Origin: Gloeobacterales cyanobacterium
Lineage (GTDB): Bacteria > Cyanobacteriota > Cyanobacteriia > Gloeobacterales > PMM-0068
Direction: 5' to 3'
Length of the DNA: 64,000 bases
Assembly: GCA_038245785.1 (NCBI GenBank)
Contig: JBBRSB010000013.1
Location: 32,001 to 96,000 of the forward strand
Position 1 is the stretch's first letter, and each line of letters begins with the position of its first letter. The notes under the pieces are model-generated. The model saw nothing but the letters and a program-made list of their open reading frames with translations, had not been told where the DNA came from and searched no databases. Made by a program: the position numbers and the translations under genes. Of this stretch, positions 60,300 to 64,000 are shown in pieces.

Positions 60300-61244
60300 G
60301 TGGCAGAGGAGTCTGATCTAGGACAGGTAGCCTATTTGCGGGGTGAATTTTTACCCTTGGCAAAGGCCACTCTGGATATACGCACCCATGCATTCCTGTA
60401 TGGAACATCGGTTTTTGAAGGAATTCGAGCCTATTGGGTAGCGGACCAGGGTCAAATCTTGGTTTTTCGGGCACAGGAACACTATGCTCGCCTGGAGCGT
60501 AGCTGTAGAATTCTGCACCTACAGTGCCCTCTTAGTTTTGAACGAATCTTGGAGCTAACGGGAGAAATTCTACAGAAAAATCAGTGTCAGAGTGATACCT
60601 ATCTGCGTCCGATTGTCTATAAATCCGACCGACGCATTGATCCTTTTCTCAATACACCCGATACACAGGATGATTTTTGCCTTTTTACAGTACCTTTGCA
60701 GCAATACATTGACACTCAGAAGGGATTGCATCTAGGCATCTCTGCTTGGCGGCGTTTGGACGATAATATGATGCCTGCCCGTGCCAAAGTCAGTGGGGCC
60801 TATGTCAATTCAGCACTGGCTAAAACCGATGCCAAATTGTCTGGGTTTGATGATGCCATTCTTCTTTCTGAAGATGGACACGTAGCAGAAGGTAGCGCCA
60901 TGAATCTCTTCCTGGTGCGCGATGGACGCTTAATTACACCCTCGGTAACGAACAATATTCTCGAAGGAATTACTCGGGATACTGTAATTCAGTTAGCAAA
61001 ACAGGAACTAGGGCTAGAAGTAGAAGGACGTTCCATAGACCGGACCGAACTTTATATTGCCGATGAACTGTTTCTTTGTGGTACCGCTACCGAAATTGCT
61101 CCCGTCACCAAGGTAGATCATCGAGTAATTGGCAGTGGAAAAATGGGAGTGCTGACACAAAAACTGCAAGGACTCTATCAGCAAGTAGTACGCGGTAAAC
61201 TGCCGCAATATCAGCACTGGCTGATGTCTATTCCTATAGGATGA
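60300..61244 (+). CDS. ilvE: Branched-chain amino acid aminotransferase
   Basis: HAFLYGTSVFEGIRAY, YLRP, AKVSGAYVNS, EGSAMN, ILEGITR. Confidence 0.92.
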   Translation: MAEESDLGQVAYLRGEFLPLAKATLDIRTHAFLYGTSVFEGIRAYWVADQGQILVFRAQEHYARLERSCRILHLQCPLSFERILELTGEILQKNQCQSDTYLRPIVYKSDRRIDPFLNTPDTQDDFCLFTVPLQQYIDTQKGLHLGISAWRRLDDNMMPARAKVSGAYVNSALAKTDAKLSGFDDAILLSEDGHVAEGSAMNLFLVRDGRLITPSVTNNILEGITRDTVIQLAKQELGLEVEGRSIDRTELYIADELFLCGTATEIAPVTKVDHRVIGSGKMGVLTQKLQGLYQQVVRGKLPQYQHWLMSIPIG

Positions 61245-61339
61245 TTTTGTGGCGATTCATAGGAACGACGCAGTCCCGCAAACAGAACTTAGTATCCCGT
61301 ACGTTAGCATAGTAAATATAACGGTTCTGGGATTTCTAG

Positions 61340-62092
61340 ATGACCGCACTTTCTGACTCCATAAAAAAAGCAGTTTCGACGAGTGTCTACAAAGCCCCAC
61401 CTAAAGCTATGTCTTGGATAGAGTCTCTAAGTGAATTTTTGGGTGATACGGTCAGCAAAACCAAAGAGAACTGGCTTTCTCGACTGTTAACCAAGTATTT
61501 GGGAGCCAACTGGCTGTTAGATCTGTTGGAGAAGGTGGATATTCATAAGGCGCGCAAACGGGTTGCTAAAGTCCAGCGAGCTTATCCCAACGAATCTCCA
61601 GCACAAATCAGCCAACGAATGATTTGGAGTAAAGCTAAATACCTCGGAGGCATCGGTTTTGCTTCAGGACTCGTGCCACCAGGTTTGAATGTGCCCTTTA
61701 TCGTGCTGGATGTGATCACCACCGTCGTTGTCCAGATGGAGCTTGTCTATGAAATTGCTGCAGCCCATGGTTTGGACCTAGAAGCTCCAGAGCGAAAGGG
61801 TGAGCTAGTGCTGGTTATGGCGGTCGGCGCAGGCTCAGACCGAGCAGTAAATGCAGGGTTACGTGTATTTGAGCGGAAAGTCACGCCTGTGCTGCTAGAG
61901 CAACTGGCTAAAGTGCTTGGGGGCAAGTTAGCCGAGAAATTTGTGACCCGTTCGATTCCCTTGATTGGTGCAGTCCTGGGTGCTGGCGCAAACATTACGT
62001 TCTTATATGCGTTAGGGAAAACAGCAGTCCAGTTTTACAGCCAAAAGGGACTGGTGCTGGAGGAAGCCGCGCTGACTTTGGACGTGAAGTAA
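61340..62092 (+). CDS. EcsC-like protein
   Basis: GIGFASGLVP, LVYEIAAAHG.D, IPLIGAVLGAGAN. Confidence 0.75.
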   Translation: MTALSDSIKKAVSTSVYKAPPKAMSWIESLSEFLGDTVSKTKENWLSRLLTKYLGANWLLDLLEKVDIHKARKRVAKVQRAYPNESPAQISQRMIWSKAKYLGGIGFASGLVPPGLNVPFIVLDVITTVVVQMELVYEIAAAHGLDLEAPERKGELVLVMAVGAGSDRAVNAGLRVFERKVTPVLLEQLAKVLGGKLAEKFVTRSIPLIGAVLGAGANITFLYALGKTAVQFYSQKGLVLEEAALTLDVK

Positions 62093-62128
62093 CGCTAGGC
62101 TTAAGAAATCAACAGTTCAGGCAGGGAA

Positions 62129-62353
62129 ATGGCAGTAGTGCGGTGGACGGATGAAATGCTTGATCGGCTAGCATCGCAGACCCAAGGAAACGCAGACCAG
62201 CAAACGGTTCTTATTGAGCAAATTAAGGGCTTGGTGAGGGTTGCGAACATCCAGCAAGACGTAATGGCTCAATTGAGCCTTGATATGCGCGGCCTGCAGC
62301 TAGAAGTTAGGCGCTTAATTGAGCGCATGGACCGTATGGACGGTGGGCCATAG
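62129..62353 (+). CDS. Small coiled-coil hypothetical protein
   Basis: 74-aa ORF, RWTDEMLDRLA...MRGLQLEVRRL. Confidence 0.65.
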   Translation: MAVVRWTDEMLDRLASQTQGNADQQTVLIEQIKGLVRVANIQQDVMAQLSLDMRGLQLEVRRLIERMDRMDGGP

Positions 62354-62384
62354 TGACCCTCATCGATTGATATAGGATAAGAAC

Positions 62385-62996
62385 ATGATTGCTCCCGCTG
62401 GGCATAGCGCCGTCGACGCCTTGATCACTGAAGAACCAGAGTTTGTTTTGCGCTGGACGGTTAAAGAATTCCACCATCTAGCTCAAGCCAATATTCTTGA
62501 CCCTGACAAACGCACCGAGCTAATAGCAGGACAAATACTTTTAATGGCTGCCAAAGGAACCCCGCACGTAATCGCTCTTGCATTATTGGCGGATCTGCTT
62601 AAAACTCTATTAGGGTCGCAAGTACTAGTCCGCACGCAAGACCCTGTACAGTTAGATGATTATTCAGAACCAGAACCAGATCTAGCCATTGTGCGCGGAG
62701 GTTTACTAGATTATCTAGAGCATCATCCACAACCGACAGACATCCTCTTCATTGCAGAAATAGCAGATTCCACCTTGAAACGAGACTGCGAAGTTAAAGA
62801 TAAGGTCTATGCCCAGGCTGGGATTCCAGATTATTGGGTCCTTGATGTCAAAAAACGAAAGCTCCACATTTATCGAGAGCCAACTCCCAGTGGCTATGCT
62901 TATCATCTGATTTGTAGTGAGCCTAGCGAAGTCGCACTGCTTGCCTTCCCAGAAATAACGGTACCGCTTTCAGATATATTGCCCCCAAGAAGTTGA
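62385..62996 (+). CDS. Uma2/DUF820 family endonuclease-like protein
   Basis: RTELIAG, SEPEPDLAIV, EIADSTL..D, K..VYAQAGIPDYWVLD. Confidence 0.93.
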   Translation: MIAPAGHSAVDALITEEPEFVLRWTVKEFHHLAQANILDPDKRTELIAGQILLMAAKGTPHVIALALLADLLKTLLGSQVLVRTQDPVQLDDYSEPEPDLAIVRGGLLDYLEHHPQPTDILFIAEIADSTLKRDCEVKDKVYAQAGIPDYWVLDVKKRKLHIYREPTPSGYAYHLICSEPSEVALLAFPEITVPLSDILPPRS

Positions 62997-63109
62997 GTAT
63001 CTAAACTAGGTTTCCGCTGCTTCAAAGACAGCTCCAGCATTGTAGATAATAACCTAAAGTCTGGATGCTTTCCTTAGACCCTACAAGGGATTAGGTTGCT
63101 TTGGAATAA

Positions 63110-63502
63110 TATTTAGACTGCTGGTGCGAAGAAACCGACGGCAACCAAGATATTCCAGAACTGATTCACAACTGGTGTTTACGCCTAGACCGTATCCCGG
63201 AAGCAGCAATCATCCCCATAGAACGTGACTGGCTTTCTGGCCTGGACTACACAGAAGTTGAAATGCATCTATTTGGTGGTTTGGCCTTTGCCTATCAAGC
63301 CAAAATGGAAGATGCCATTAATGAATGGATGCCCAATCAGCCCCAAGTTCGCAGGGTCATTAAACGGGTCTCCCAAACCTTTTGGCTAACCCGTGAAATA
63401 TTGGCCTATGGCCCTGACTGTGTCGTGCTCTCTCCCCAGAGCCTACGCCAACGCATTCAGGAAAAACTGACAGCGGTTCAAAACCGCTATCAAGAGACCT
63501 AA
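63110..63502 (+). pseudogene. C-terminal remnant of a cyanobacterial WYL-domain protein
   Basis: YLDCWCEETDGNQDIPELIHNWCLRLDRI...FWLTREILAYGPDCVVLSPQSLR; in-frame TAA at 63107 and no N-terminal part. Confidence 0.8.
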
Positions 63503-63583
63503 ACGATTATCCGAAAGTGACCACAAGCCCCTTCCCCAAACCTCTCCTCTGCCAACACTTGGGAAATAAGATTGAGTCCTAAA

Positions 63584-64000
63584 CTATGGAGCATTTTGAG
63601 ACTCCATATATTTTTGGACTTGCTGAATATACTCTGGATAGATTTCTAAAGCCATACGAATAGATTGAAAAACAATATATGGGTCAATATCCTCGTACTC
63701 GTGGACCAAGCGATTACGGAGACCAGCAGAAGGTGCTAATTTCGTGGCTAATTCTGGAGTGATGATGCCATTACGACCGACTTCGATGAAGGAGTTGAAG
63801 TAGGTTTCAGGGGGTGGTTGACCAGAAGCAGTCAAAAGATAAGTATTGGCATCTGCTGCGGCTTCAACGATGAGGTGCAGTAGGCGTTCAGTAATGAGTT
63901 GCTGTTCAAAGTCACTCGTATAAGTCTGTATGTCCAGCATGGCACGAGGCTGTAGAGCATTGAGATATTTGGTAATGGCCCGTAATTTGCGCGTAATTAT
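63584..64000 (-). CDS. HepT/DUF86 HEPN ribonuclease toxin (5' end outside the window)
   Basis: ERLLHLIVEAAAD, GLRNRLVHEY (R-X4-H); frame open to position 64000. Confidence 0.9.
   Translation of the reverse strand: MITRKLRAITKYLNALQPRAMLDIQTYTSDFEQQLITERLLHLIVEAAADANTYLLTASGQPPPETYFNSFIEVGRNGIITPELATKLAPSAGLRNRLVHEYEDIDPYIVFQSIRMALEIYPEYIQQVQKYMESQNAP

Overview
Cyanobacterial chromosomal window (chlB, ycf65/PSRP-3, probable dgdA, SPS/SPP/GH100 sucrose genes, NtcA-type boxes). The HIP1 octamer appears scarce, which hints at an early-branching lineage (inference). Most of the window is housekeeping: tamB, apt, lgt, queA, recO, rpmB, ribE, ftsH, frr, ilvE, a MacAB-type exporter, tRNA-Arg(CCG), and terC under a yybP-ykoY Mn riboswitch. 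Accessory or decayed patches are: an AT-rich left edge; an AT-rich orphan membrane-protein gene at 9.3-11.2 kb; a mosaic at 15.2-20.8 kb (MITE nested in a palindromic repeat, crcB, SBP56, broken ferredoxin, mini-IS1, GC-rich katG, cysA remnant); a DUF559 nuclease gene bracketed by inverted palindromic repeats; and a right edge with Uma2, a WYL remnant and a HEPN/DUF86 toxin. No CRISPR array, rRNA or intact transposase was seen. The best leads are the DUF559 cassette with its dispersed palindromes, a CCA-ending mini-helix copy of the tRNA-Arg 3' end, an atypical PII with twin NtcA boxes, and a candidate sRNA upstream of frr. All calls come from reading the sequence by eye; no database searches were run.
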